Shown piece by piece: positions 37,366-45,540 of a stretch of DNA of 64,000 nt. The notes beneath the pieces were generated by a model that was not told the DNA's origin, did no database searches, and saw only the letters and a program-made list of their open reading frames with translations. The DNA is taken from positions 3,616,001 to 3,680,000 of the forward strand of contig OZ245002.1 of NCBI GenBank assembly GCA_965223415.1. Reading direction: 5' to 3'. Source of the stretch: Myxococcota bacterium (lineage in GTDB: Bacteria > Myxococcota_A > UBA9160 > UBA6930). Position numbers and translations under genes: made by a program. How positions within the stretch are numbered: position 1 is the stretch's first letter; each line of letters starts with the position of its first letter.

Positions 37366-37767
37366 GTGACCCTCTCTTCCGAGCCGACCCTGGGTGCCGC
37401 CTCCCTCCCCGCGCGGGCGGTGCGGGTCGGGCCTTCTCCGCTGAGTCGGGCGGGATGGTGGCGGTGCTCCTGGTCGTCGAGTGGTGCTTCCCCGTACCAG
37501 CGGCGATGGCGCATGACCTGGCGCCACCTGTGGCGGCGCGACAGAGCTGCACTGCGATCACCACAGCGCGTCCACCCCGAGGCCGCCAACGAGGGCGCCG
37601 CCCGGTCGCTCTTGGACCTGCTCGGCGGGACCCTCCTGTATCGGCCCGGCGTGTCGCCCGCGGAGCTCGGGCTCCGGGCGGAGGACGGCGATCCCGGGGC
37701 AGCACCCGCCCTGGCGGGCCTTCCGGCTGCCCTTCAGCACTCGCCCCGTCGAGCCCCGCCGCGCTGA
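37366..37767 (+). pseudogene. Decayed fatty-acid hydroxylase/sterol desaturase-like remnant
   Basis: Fragments in different frames: VLLVVEWCFP, ELHCDHHS (HxxHH box), RVHPE, SLLDLLGGT (like WDRLFGT). Confidence 0.4.
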
Positions 37768-37789
37768 GCCGGCGCTATCCTGCGCGGCC

Positions 37790-38461
37790 ATGCTGAACGA
37801 TCTCCGCCCCTTCGAGCGACGCGTCCACTCCCAGTGCGGGGAGGACGGGGTGCTCGAGCACCTCTTCGCCACGATCGGCCCCGGCCGCCGCTACTTCGTC
37901 GAGTTCGGCGCCAAGGACGGGCTCTCGGTCTCGAACACCGCCAACCTGCGGCTTCACCACGGCTGGACCGGGCTCCTGCTGGACGCGGCCGCAGCCGACG
38001 GCGACGGCCTGGTGCGCCGCGCCTTCGTGACCGCCGAGAACGTGGACGACCTCTTCGAGGCCCACGGCGTCCCCAGGCGCTTCGACCTGCTCTCGATCGA
38101 CATCGACGGCAACGACTACTGGGTGTGGAAGGCCCTGGATCGCTTCACGCCCCGGGTCGTCGTGGTCGAGTACAACATCTTCTTCCAGCCCGGCGACGCG
38201 CGGACGATGCCCTACGACCCGGACCACGTCTGGATGGACGACAGCTGCTACCACGGCGCGAGCCTCGCGGCCCTCCGCAAGCTCGGCGACGCCAAGGGCT
38301 ACGCCCTCGTCCACACCGACAGCTGGTCCCCGAACGCCTTCTTCGTCCTGCGCTCCGAGCTGCCCGCCGACTTCGTCGAGCGCCCGACCGAAGCGCTCAC
38401 CGACTGGCGCCACTTCCACGAGCCCCCGGGAACCGCGGGCCTCGAATGGACGCGCGTCTGA
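37790..38461 (+). CDS. FkbM-like SAM-dependent methyltransferase-fold protein
   Basis: SQCGEDG, FVEFGA, SNT, LLSIDIDGNDY, VEYN, GASL motifs. Confidence 0.7.
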   Translation: MLNDLRPFERRVHSQCGEDGVLEHLFATIGPGRRYFVEFGAKDGLSVSNTANLRLHHGWTGLLLDAAAADGDGLVRRAFVTAENVDDLFEAHGVPRRFDLLSIDIDGNDYWVWKALDRFTPRVVVVEYNIFFQPGDARTMPYDPDHVWMDDSCYHGASLAALRKLGDAKGYALVHTDSWSPNAFFVLRSELPADFVERPTEALTDWRHFHEPPGTAGLEWTRV

Positions 38462-38481
38462 ACACAGTACCGGTGTTGCGC

Positions 38482-40998
38482 TCACCTCGGCTCGGGCCAG
38501 ACCTCGGAGACGCTCGGGTCGGCGGGGGCGTTGGCGAAGACTTCCGGGGGCAGCAGGGCGGCCGCGGCGGCCATGGCCTGGCCCGCGGGCTCGCGGAGTC
38601 CGACCGAGTACAGCGCGCCCGCGGTCTGCAGCGCGTGGCCTCCGTCGCCGGCTCGGCGCTCCGCTTCGCCGAGGCCCGGGAAGGCTGGCGCCGCGGCGAG
38701 GCTCGCCTCGCGCAAGGCCTTGCCGATCTGCACCCAGGCGGGTCCGACGACCGGATCGAGCTTTCCTCGCCTCCCGCCGGCGTGGCCGCGGGCCGCCAGG
38801 TATTCCAGGTGGGGGCGATCATCGGTGTTGCGTGGCGCGCCCGCGCCGTAGGGGCCGAGGCGGCCTACGTAGAGGGACCAGAAGGCCTCCGGGTACGTCA
38901 CCCACCGGTCCGCCTCCCCGGCCTTCGACAGCGCGGCCACGCGCGCGGCGATCGTCTCCGCGTTCGGTACCTCGCCGCGCCATCCCACCAACGCCACGAT
39001 CGGGAAGCGCCCGTAGAAATCGCCGCGGAACACCACCGCTTCGGGAAAGACGCGGTCGAAGGTCGCGGCGATGCTCGAGAGCTCCGGCTCCGAGAGCTGG
39101 TAGAGCGGTAGCCACTGGCAGAAGAGCCCGCCTTCGTCGAGATGGGCGCGGGCCGCGGCGAAGTGCGCCTCGCTGTAAAGCGATCCGGTGCCCGCGCGCC
39201 AGGGAACGAACAGGTCGGCGACGATCACGTCGAAGCGCTGCCCGGTGCTGCGCAGGAAGCTCCGCGCGTCGTCCAGCACCACCCGCGTCCGCGGATCCAG
39301 GTAGACGCCGCGGTTCACGTCGGAGAAGAAGCCGGCGGCGCGCGCGACGCCCGGCACCAGCTCGACCAGGGTGAGCTCCTCCACAGGATGGGCCAGGGCG
39401 GCGCCGGCGCTGCTGGCGGTCGCCGAGCCCACGAAGAGGGCGCGCTTCGGGGCCGGGTGGAGCAGGAGGGGCAGGTGGCCCTGGCGTTCCTGATGCACCC
39501 GGTCCGCGCTGCCGCCGAGGGCGTAGTGGTTGTCGGTCTGCAGGAAGCGCCCGCCGTCGCGCTCGATCACCGCGACCAACCCCGCCGGCGTCTCCTCGCC
39601 GAACAACAGGCGGTCGTCGCCCTCGAGACGCAAGGCGGGCAGGTCCATCGGGCTGCCGCGAGAGAGGATCGCGAGCCAGGCCAGACCGAGGGCTGCGTCC
39701 CGGAGGAGGCGCGACTGGCCCGGCGCCGTCGGGACGACGACGGCGACGATGCCGTACAGCACAGCGACCGCAACGAAGCCCAGCCACAGCCCCAGGCCCG
39801 GAAGCAAGACGTAGGGCGCGAGCAGGGCGCCGGCCACTGCGCCGGCCGTATTGGCGGCCAGGAGGCGGCCTGTGGTGGCGGCCGCGCCGGGTGCACCGCC
39901 TTCCCGCTTGCCGGCCGCGTGCAGCACGGCCGGGAACACCAGGCCCGACGCGAAGAGCGGCAGGCCCGCCACGCCGAAGGCCAGGCCGAAGGCGCTCCAG
40001 AGGTAGCCGGGCCAGGGTCGCTCGCTCCCCCAGTAGGCGAGCCCGTCGGTCGCCCCGACGAACAACGCCGGGAACCCGGCCCAGCCGATCGTTGCCGCCA
40101 CCGCCGCCCATCCGAGCAGGGTGCGCGCGCCGAGCCGGCCGGCGAGGAGCGCCACCGTGGCCGCCGCTGCGGCCAGGGCGATCAGCACGGTGACCAGCAC
40201 CACGCCGAATGCGTAGGTCGACTGGTTGAGCACCCGCGCGAAGGCCTGGACCAGGAGCGGCTGGCACGCGAACACGGCCACGCCCGACGCGGCGGCCAGG
40301 CCGAGGAGCATCCCGTCGGAGAGGGCCGGCTCGCCGGGCGCCTCGGGCACCGGCTCCCGCGGCGGAGCCGCGCGGCCCTCGCGTCCCCAGGACCAGGCGA
40401 GCCCGCCGGCGAGGGCCAGGGTGGCGACGCCCGCGCCATAGCCTCCGCGCACGCCCAGCCACTCGGGCAGCAGGAAGCTCGCGAGGGCGGCGCCGCCGGC
40501 GGCGCCCAGGGTGTTGGCGCCGAGGAGCGCCGCGCCCGCGCGGCCGAGGGACGTGCCAGGCCCGACGCAGCTCGCGACCAGGGCGGGCAGGGTGGCGCCG
40601 AAGAAGACGCCGGCCGGGGCCGCCGCCAGGAGCGCCGCGGCCAGGCGCAGTGCCGCCAGGGCGGCCGGCGTCTCGCGCAGCCCGTCGGAGGCCGCGTCGA
40701 CGATGCCGCGCAGCGCCCACAGGAGAAGGGGCACGGCCGCCGCTGCCGCCGCCGCACCCAGCTCGAGCCGGCCGTAGGTCGCGAGGGGTCGTTCGGCCCG
40801 CGCCGCGAGCCGTCCACCCCAGGCGGCGCCCAGCGCCTGTCCGGCGAAGAAGGCGACCAGGGTGGCCGAGACCGCCGGCGCCGTGGCGCCGAGCAGCAGC
40901 CGGAACCAGCGCAGCCAGAGCGTCTCCACCACCAGCGCACCGGCGCCGGAGAGCAGGAAGAGGGTGCAGCCCCGGGCGAGCGCCCGGCTCGCCGTCAC
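38482..40998 (-). CDS. Fused membrane domain / spermidine synthase-like protein
   Basis: LSGAGALVVETLW, GATLP and ANTxG repeats; VELVP, DDARSFL, FDVIVADLF, GGLFCQWLP. Confidence 0.85.
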   Translation of the reverse strand: MTASRALARGCTLFLLSGAGALVVETLWLRWFRLLLGATAPAVSATLVAFFAGQALGAAWGGRLAARAERPLATYGRLELGAAAAAAAVPLLLWALRGIVDAASDGLRETPAALAALRLAAALLAAAPAGVFFGATLPALVASCVGPGTSLGRAGAALLGANTLGAAGGAALASFLLPEWLGVRGGYGAGVATLALAGGLAWSWGREGRAAPPREPVPEAPGEPALSDGMLLGLAAASGVAVFACQPLLVQAFARVLNQSTYAFGVVLVTVLIALAAAAATVALLAGRLGARTLLGWAAVAATIGWAGFPALFVGATDGLAYWGSERPWPGYLWSAFGLAFGVAGLPLFASGLVFPAVLHAAGKREGGAPGAAATTGRLLAANTAGAVAGALLAPYVLLPGLGLWLGFVAVAVLYGIVAVVVPTAPGQSRLLRDAALGLAWLAILSRGSPMDLPALRLEGDDRLLFGEETPAGLVAVIERDGGRFLQTDNHYALGGSADRVHQERQGHLPLLLHPAPKRALFVGSATASSAGAALAHPVEELTLVELVPGVARAAGFFSDVNRGVYLDPRTRVVLDDARSFLRSTGQRFDVIVADLFVPWRAGTGSLYSEAHFAAARAHLDEGGLFCQWLPLYQLSEPELSSIAATFDRVFPEAVVFRGDFYGRFPIVALVGWRGEVPNAETIAARVAALSKAGEADRWVTYPEAFWSLYVGRLGPYGAGAPRNTDDRPHLEYLAARGHAGGRRGKLDPVVGPAWVQIGKALREASLAAAPAFPGLGEAERRAGDGGHALQTAGALYSVGLREPAGQAMAAAAALLPPEVFANAPADPSVSEVWPEPR

Positions 40999-41026
40999 GA
41001 CGGAGCGCCGGCAGCCACGCCCGCCG

Positions 41027-41782
41027 TCACGACGAGGCGCCGGCGTTCCGGGCGGCCAGGGCTCGCTCCACGCGCTCCAGGTCTTCCGGCGTGTCCACCG
41101 GCACGCTCTCCCAACCCTCGATGACCGCGCAGCGGATGCGGTGGCCGTGCTCGAGGGCGCGCAGCTGCTCGAGGGCCTCGCTGCGCTCCAGCGGCGTCGG
41201 TGCCAGCCCGACGTACTCGAGGAGGAAGGGCCGACGATAGGCGTAGAGGCCGACGTGCTGCCAGATCGGGGCGGCCGCTTCACCCTTCCGCTGATGGGGG
41301 ATCGGGCTGCGCGAGAAGTAGAGGGCGTCGCCGTGGCGGGAGCGCACGACCTTGACCCGATTCGGGTCAGCGAGGGCCGCGGGCGGGGCGGCGTGGACCA
41401 GCGTCGCCATCGGCACGTCCGGGTCCTCGAGCAACGCCTCGACGACCGCGTCCACGACGAAGCCCTCGATCAGCGGTTCGTCGCCCTGGATGTTGACGAC
41501 CACCTCCGCGTCCAGGCCCGCGGCGACCTCGGCGAGGCGATCCGACCCGGTCGGATGGTCCGCTGCGGTCATCACCGCCTCTGCGCCGAAGGCCTGGCAC
41601 GCGCCGGCGATGCGCTCGTCGTCCGTGGCCACCAGCACCCGGGAGAGGCGCTTCGCCTGGCGCGCGCCCTCGACGACGTGCTGGATCATGGGCCGGCCGG
41701 CGATCTCCGCGAGGGGTTTGCCCGGAAACCGGCTCGAGGCCCAGCGCGCGGGAACCACGCCCACCGCCCGGAGGCTCGACAT
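41027..41782 (-). CDS. kdsB: 3-deoxy-manno-octulosonate cytidylyltransferase
   Basis: PARWASSRFPGKPL, TGSDR, NIQGDEP, LYFSR, HVGLYAY, LEQLRAL, VDTPEDL. Confidence 0.97.
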   Translation of the reverse strand: MSSLRAVGVVPARWASSRFPGKPLAEIAGRPMIQHVVEGARQAKRLSRVLVATDDERIAGACQAFGAEAVMTAADHPTGSDRLAEVAAGLDAEVVVNIQGDEPLIEGFVVDAVVEALLEDPDVPMATLVHAAPPAALADPNRVKVVRSRHGDALYFSRSPIPHQRKGEAAAPIWQHVGLYAYRRPFLLEYVGLAPTPLERSEALEQLRALEHGHRIRCAVIEGWESVPVDTPEDLERVERALAARNAGASS

Positions 41783-41814
41783 GACGGCATGCTAGCGGAC
41801 GGGTACCCTGAGCG

Positions 41815-42714
41815 GTGATGATGGACGCGTCCCCCACGCGTCGGCCGGTGCTGGCCGTCTCGTCCAACAAGGGCGGGGTCGGCAAGACCACGGTGGCGAC
41901 GAACCTGGCGGTCTACCTGCGTGCGCTGCACGAGGAGCTGGGCGTGCTGCTGATCGGCCTCGACGACCAGTCGATCATCGACCGCATGTTCCGGCTGCGG
42001 CCGTCGACCTCCGGCGAGCTCAACCTGAAGCACGGCTGGGCCCAGCGCAACCTGTCGGGCGTTCTGCAGCTCGGCCAGTACGGCATCCACTTCGTGCCGA
42101 CGCCGCCGGACACGGGCCCCCTGAAGGCCCGCGCCGGGGATCCGCTCATCCTGCGGAGCATCCTCCAGAAGACGGGCTTCGAGGGTCTCACGATCCTCGA
42201 CACGAAGAGCGATCTCGAAGCCTTGACCTGCAACGCCCTGGCGGCGGCGGACCTCGTCCTTTTGCCGGTCTCGGACTGGGCTTCCTTCGAGGAGGCGGAG
42301 AAGGCCTTCGACCTGCTGCGCCGTCAGCCTTCCGGCGAACGCCGCGGCCGCGTGCTCTTCACGCTGGTCGATCGCCGGACGCGGGTCGACGCATCCGGGC
42401 GGGACCTCTACGAGCGCCTGGCCCGGGCGAGCGACGAGCGCGGCTGGCCGCGTTTCCAGACCTTCCTGTCCCGCAGCCCCCGGGTCGAGGCCCTGAACTC
42501 CGGCTCGGGGATTCCCGGCTCGGTGTTGCACCACGCCCGCGGCACCGCCGTCCACCGGCAGTTCCGGGAGCTGGCCGAGGAGGTGAGCAAGCTCCTCGGC
42601 CTCGGCGATACCGGTCCCGTTCGCCGCCCTCCCGAGGCCCGCCGCGCGGAGCCGGCTCCGAGCCTCGGCGGCGGCCTCAAACGCGCCCTCCTGAAGGGCC
42701 TCCGCGCCCGCTAG
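41815..42714 (+). CDS. Orphan ParA/MinD-family ATPase
   Basis: Deviant Walker A NKGGVGKTT; NALAAADLVLLPV; start may be 41818 or 41821. Confidence 0.85.
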   Translation: MMMDASPTRRPVLAVSSNKGGVGKTTVATNLAVYLRALHEELGVLLIGLDDQSIIDRMFRLRPSTSGELNLKHGWAQRNLSGVLQLGQYGIHFVPTPPDTGPLKARAGDPLILRSILQKTGFEGLTILDTKSDLEALTCNALAAADLVLLPVSDWASFEEAEKAFDLLRRQPSGERRGRVLFTLVDRRTRVDASGRDLYERLARASDERGWPRFQTFLSRSPRVEALNSGSGIPGSVLHHARGTAVHRQFRELAEEVSKLLGLGDTGPVRRPPEARRAEPAPSLGGGLKRALLKGLRAR

Positions 42715-43445
42715 CGAGCCGCTTCGGCGCTGCGTTTCGCGTCGCGGACGGCGCGGCGGAGCTTGGTGTGGAGGGCGCGGACGACGACGAGGCGTTCCTC
42801 GGCGGCTTCGCGCTCGTCTCCGAAGACGCTCTCGGCGTAGTCGGCGAGCTCCCCGACGTTGCGCTTCGCCTGACGGAGCAGGCGCTCGGCGTCTTCGAGG
42901 CGATCGACCTCGAGCAGGGCGAGGCCGCCGCGCAGGCGTTCCTCCAGGGAGGGGCGCGCCGCGGGATAGCGCTGGGCGGCGTAGCGCAGGAGCCCCCGCT
43001 CCAGGTCCAGGTGCTCGGGCCGGGCGGGCCGGTAGCTGCGGCCGGTCTCGCAGCCGCTGTCGAAGGTGCCGTGGTCCCAGGCGAGCAGGCGATCGTCCTC
43101 GAAGATCATCCAGCTCGAGCGCTCCGTGCGTGTGAAGGTGAGCCCTTCGCGGTGGCGACACACCCGGTGGGCGGTCACACCGACCCGGCCACGGGAGGCG
43201 TCGCCGCGTCCGGCCTCGAGCGCCGTCCAGGGCAGCTCGTGGGCCGCGAGCACCCGCAGCTCCACGACTTCGAGCCGGTGCCCCTTTCCGGGCGCCTCGA
43301 AGAGCGAGGCGAGGGTGGCGTGCAGCGCGCCGCCGGAGGCCGGCGGCGCGGCGGTTCCATCGCCGGCCGCACGGTGCCAGGCCTCGGGGCTCCCGGCGCA
43401 GGCGGCCAGGAAGACCAGCAGGAGGGGGACGGGCGCGCACCGCAT
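42711..43445 (-). CDS. Hypothetical lipoprotein
   Basis: Lipobox LAAC; helical C-terminus; TACGCT -10 8 nt before ATG. Confidence 0.65.
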   Translation of the reverse strand: MRCAPVPLLLVFLAACAGSPEAWHRAAGDGTAAPPASGGALHATLASLFEAPGKGHRLEVVELRVLAAHELPWTALEAGRGDASRGRVGVTAHRVCRHREGLTFTRTERSSWMIFEDDRLLAWDHGTFDSGCETGRSYRPARPEHLDLERGLLRYAAQRYPAARPSLEERLRGGLALLEVDRLEDAERLLRQAKRNVGELADYAESVFGDEREAAEERLVVVRALHTKLRRAVRDAKRSAEAAR

Positions 43446-43509
43446 GGGGCCGAAGCGTAGCGCGCACCCCTGTTTGCAGGGCGGTTCGCGCGTAGGCTAG
43501 AACCCCTTC

Positions 43510-44331
43510 GTGCCCGAGTCTCCCGCCCTCCACGAAAGGAACGTCGACTTCCGCTGGGAGACCCCCGAAGGTCCCTATCGCTGCATCTCTGCCGAGCAGG
43601 GGTGCGCGTGGGACGAGCAGGGCTGGTTCGTGCTCGAAGATGCCTTCGACCCGGACACCATCGGGCGGGTGACCTCCGCCATCGATCCCCTCGAGGAGGA
43701 GGTGACCGCCTTCCTGAAGACGCGCCCGGACGGGAAGCTGCTGATCGCCGAGGACGGCAACATCACCTTCACCACCCACGTGGTCACGCGGGATCCGGTG
43801 CTCCGGGCGTTCTGTGCCCACCGCGTGTTCCAGGACCTGCTGCACGACCTGATCGGTCCCGACGTGCGGCTCTACTGGGACCAGGCCGTCTACAAGAAGC
43901 CGGAGCGTCCCGGCCGCTTCCCGTGGCACCAGGACAACGGCTATACCTACGTGGAGCCTCAGCAGTACGTCACCTGCTGGGTGGCGCTCACCGACGCCAC
44001 CGTCGACAACGGCTGCCCCTGGGTCGTGCCCGGGCTCCACCATCGCGGCACCCTGGCCCACTGGACCACCGACGCCGGCTACCAGTGCCTGCCGGACGAT
44101 CCGGAGGGCGCCGTGCCCGCGCCGGTCCGCGCGGGAAGCATCGTCGTCTTCTCCTCGCTCACGCCCCACGCCACCGGGCCCAACACCACGGACGGCGTGC
44201 GCAAGGCCTACATCGTGCAGTTCGCTCCTGACGGGGCCCGCTTCTTCCTCCCCGGCCAGGAGCCCGCGCCCTGCGACGATCCGGCGCGGCAGTTCCTCAT
44301 CCTGAAGGACGGCGAGCCCGTCCAACCCTAG
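43510..44331 (+). CDS. Phytanoyl-CoA dioxygenase (PhyH)-family Fe(II)/2OG oxygenase
   Basis: WHQD...HATG facial triad, CWVALTDAT, NGC, downstream Arg. Confidence 0.9.
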   Translation: MPESPALHERNVDFRWETPEGPYRCISAEQGCAWDEQGWFVLEDAFDPDTIGRVTSAIDPLEEEVTAFLKTRPDGKLLIAEDGNITFTTHVVTRDPVLRAFCAHRVFQDLLHDLIGPDVRLYWDQAVYKKPERPGRFPWHQDNGYTYVEPQQYVTCWVALTDATVDNGCPWVVPGLHHRGTLAHWTTDAGYQCLPDDPEGAVPAPVRAGSIVVFSSLTPHATGPNTTDGVRKAYIVQFAPDGARFFLPGQEPAPCDDPARQFLILKDGEPVQP

Positions 44332-44340
44332 GAGTCGCGC

Positions 44341-45465
44341 ATGCCCATCAGCCCCATGGACGACTACCTGGCCCACCAGACGTCGGAGACCTTCGACCAC
44401 GTCGCTACCTCCGACCGGAACTTCTACGACCGCTACTACTTCAATGCCCACCCGTCCTCCGACGAGCTCTTCCTCGTGACGGGTCTCGGCCAGTACCCGA
44501 ATCTCGGAGTGACCGACGCCTTCGTCGCCGTCTCCCATGGCACGAGCCAGTACGTCGTGCGCGCCTCCCGGGAGCTCGGCGCTGACCGCCACGACACCTC
44601 CGTCGGACCGTTCCGCGTCGACGTGATCGAGGGTCTGCAGAAGCTGCGCGTCGTGTGCGAGCCCAACGAGTGGGGCCTCGCCTTCGACATGACCTTCACG
44701 GGCCAGGTCCCCGCCCTCGAGGAGCCCAAGACCTTCCGCCGCAACCACGGCCGCGTGACCACCGACACCTCGCGCTACGCCCAGGTCGGGCGCTGGGAGG
44801 GCCGCCTCGAGGTCGCCGGCCAGACCTACGACGTCTCGCCCGACACCTGGAAGGGCGCCCGCGACCGCTCCTGGGGCGTGCGTCCCGTGGGCGAGGCCGA
44901 GGCCCCGGGCATCCGCTTGAAGGACCTGCAGGCCGGCACCGCCGGCTTCTATCACAACTGGTGCCCGATGCAGTTCGACGACTTCATGCTGAAGGTGCAG
45001 CTCGACCGGCACCACGACGGCGCCGTCGTGCTGGAGGAGGGCGTCAAGGTCTGGAACCACGGGATCGACAAGGAGCCCGAGCACCTGGGCTCGCCCTCCA
45101 TCGACATCACCTACCTGTCCGGGACCCGGGAGATCGACCACGCCGACATCACCCTGGCCCATCCGAGCGGCCGTGCCCTGAAGATCCGCAGCCACCCGGT
45201 GCGCACCGTCTACCTCCGGGCGGGCACCGGCTACATGGCCCACGACGGCTGGGGCCACGGCTACTACCAGGGTCCCCAGAAGGTCGAAGGCCTCACCTTC
45301 GACATGAGCAGCCAGGCGAAGCGCAGCGAGTGGGCCGGCCTGAACGAGACCCTCTCCCGCTTCGAGCTCGAGACCGGCGAGGTCTGCTACGCCATGCACG
45401 AGAACATGATCATGGGCACCTACCTGCCCGACGGCTTCGATTCACCAGGGGCGCTAGCGCCGTAG
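44341..45465 (+). CDS. Conserved hypothetical protein (AttH/tocopherol-cyclase-like beta fold suspected)
   Basis: AGGAG SD; DRNFYDRYYF and GARDRSWGVRP motifs; strong coding bias. Confidence 0.7.
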   Translation: MPISPMDDYLAHQTSETFDHVATSDRNFYDRYYFNAHPSSDELFLVTGLGQYPNLGVTDAFVAVSHGTSQYVVRASRELGADRHDTSVGPFRVDVIEGLQKLRVVCEPNEWGLAFDMTFTGQVPALEEPKTFRRNHGRVTTDTSRYAQVGRWEGRLEVAGQTYDVSPDTWKGARDRSWGVRPVGEAEAPGIRLKDLQAGTAGFYHNWCPMQFDDFMLKVQLDRHHDGAVVLEEGVKVWNHGIDKEPEHLGSPSIDITYLSGTREIDHADITLAHPSGRALKIRSHPVRTVYLRAGTGYMAHDGWGHGYYQGPQKVEGLTFDMSSQAKRSEWAGLNETLSRFELETGEVCYAMHENMIMGTYLPDGFDSPGALAP

Positions 45466-45467
45466 GC

Positions 45468-45540
45468 GTGAGACAAAGGGACGTTCCTTTCTGTCTCACG
45501 GCTCCGCCGTGAGACAGAAAGGAACGTCCCTTTGTCTCAC
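45468..45540. repeat. REP/BIME-like perfect palindrome, 35-bp arms
   Basis: GTGAGACAAAGGGACGTTCCTTTCTGTCTCACGGC-TCC-GCCGTGAGACAGAAAGGAACGTCCCTTTGTCTCAC, between convergent stop codons. Confidence 0.9.

Noticed and set aside
41815..42714. Plasmid or chromosome partition locus
   Set aside because: No parB, rep or recognisable parS; flanked by housekeeping genes.
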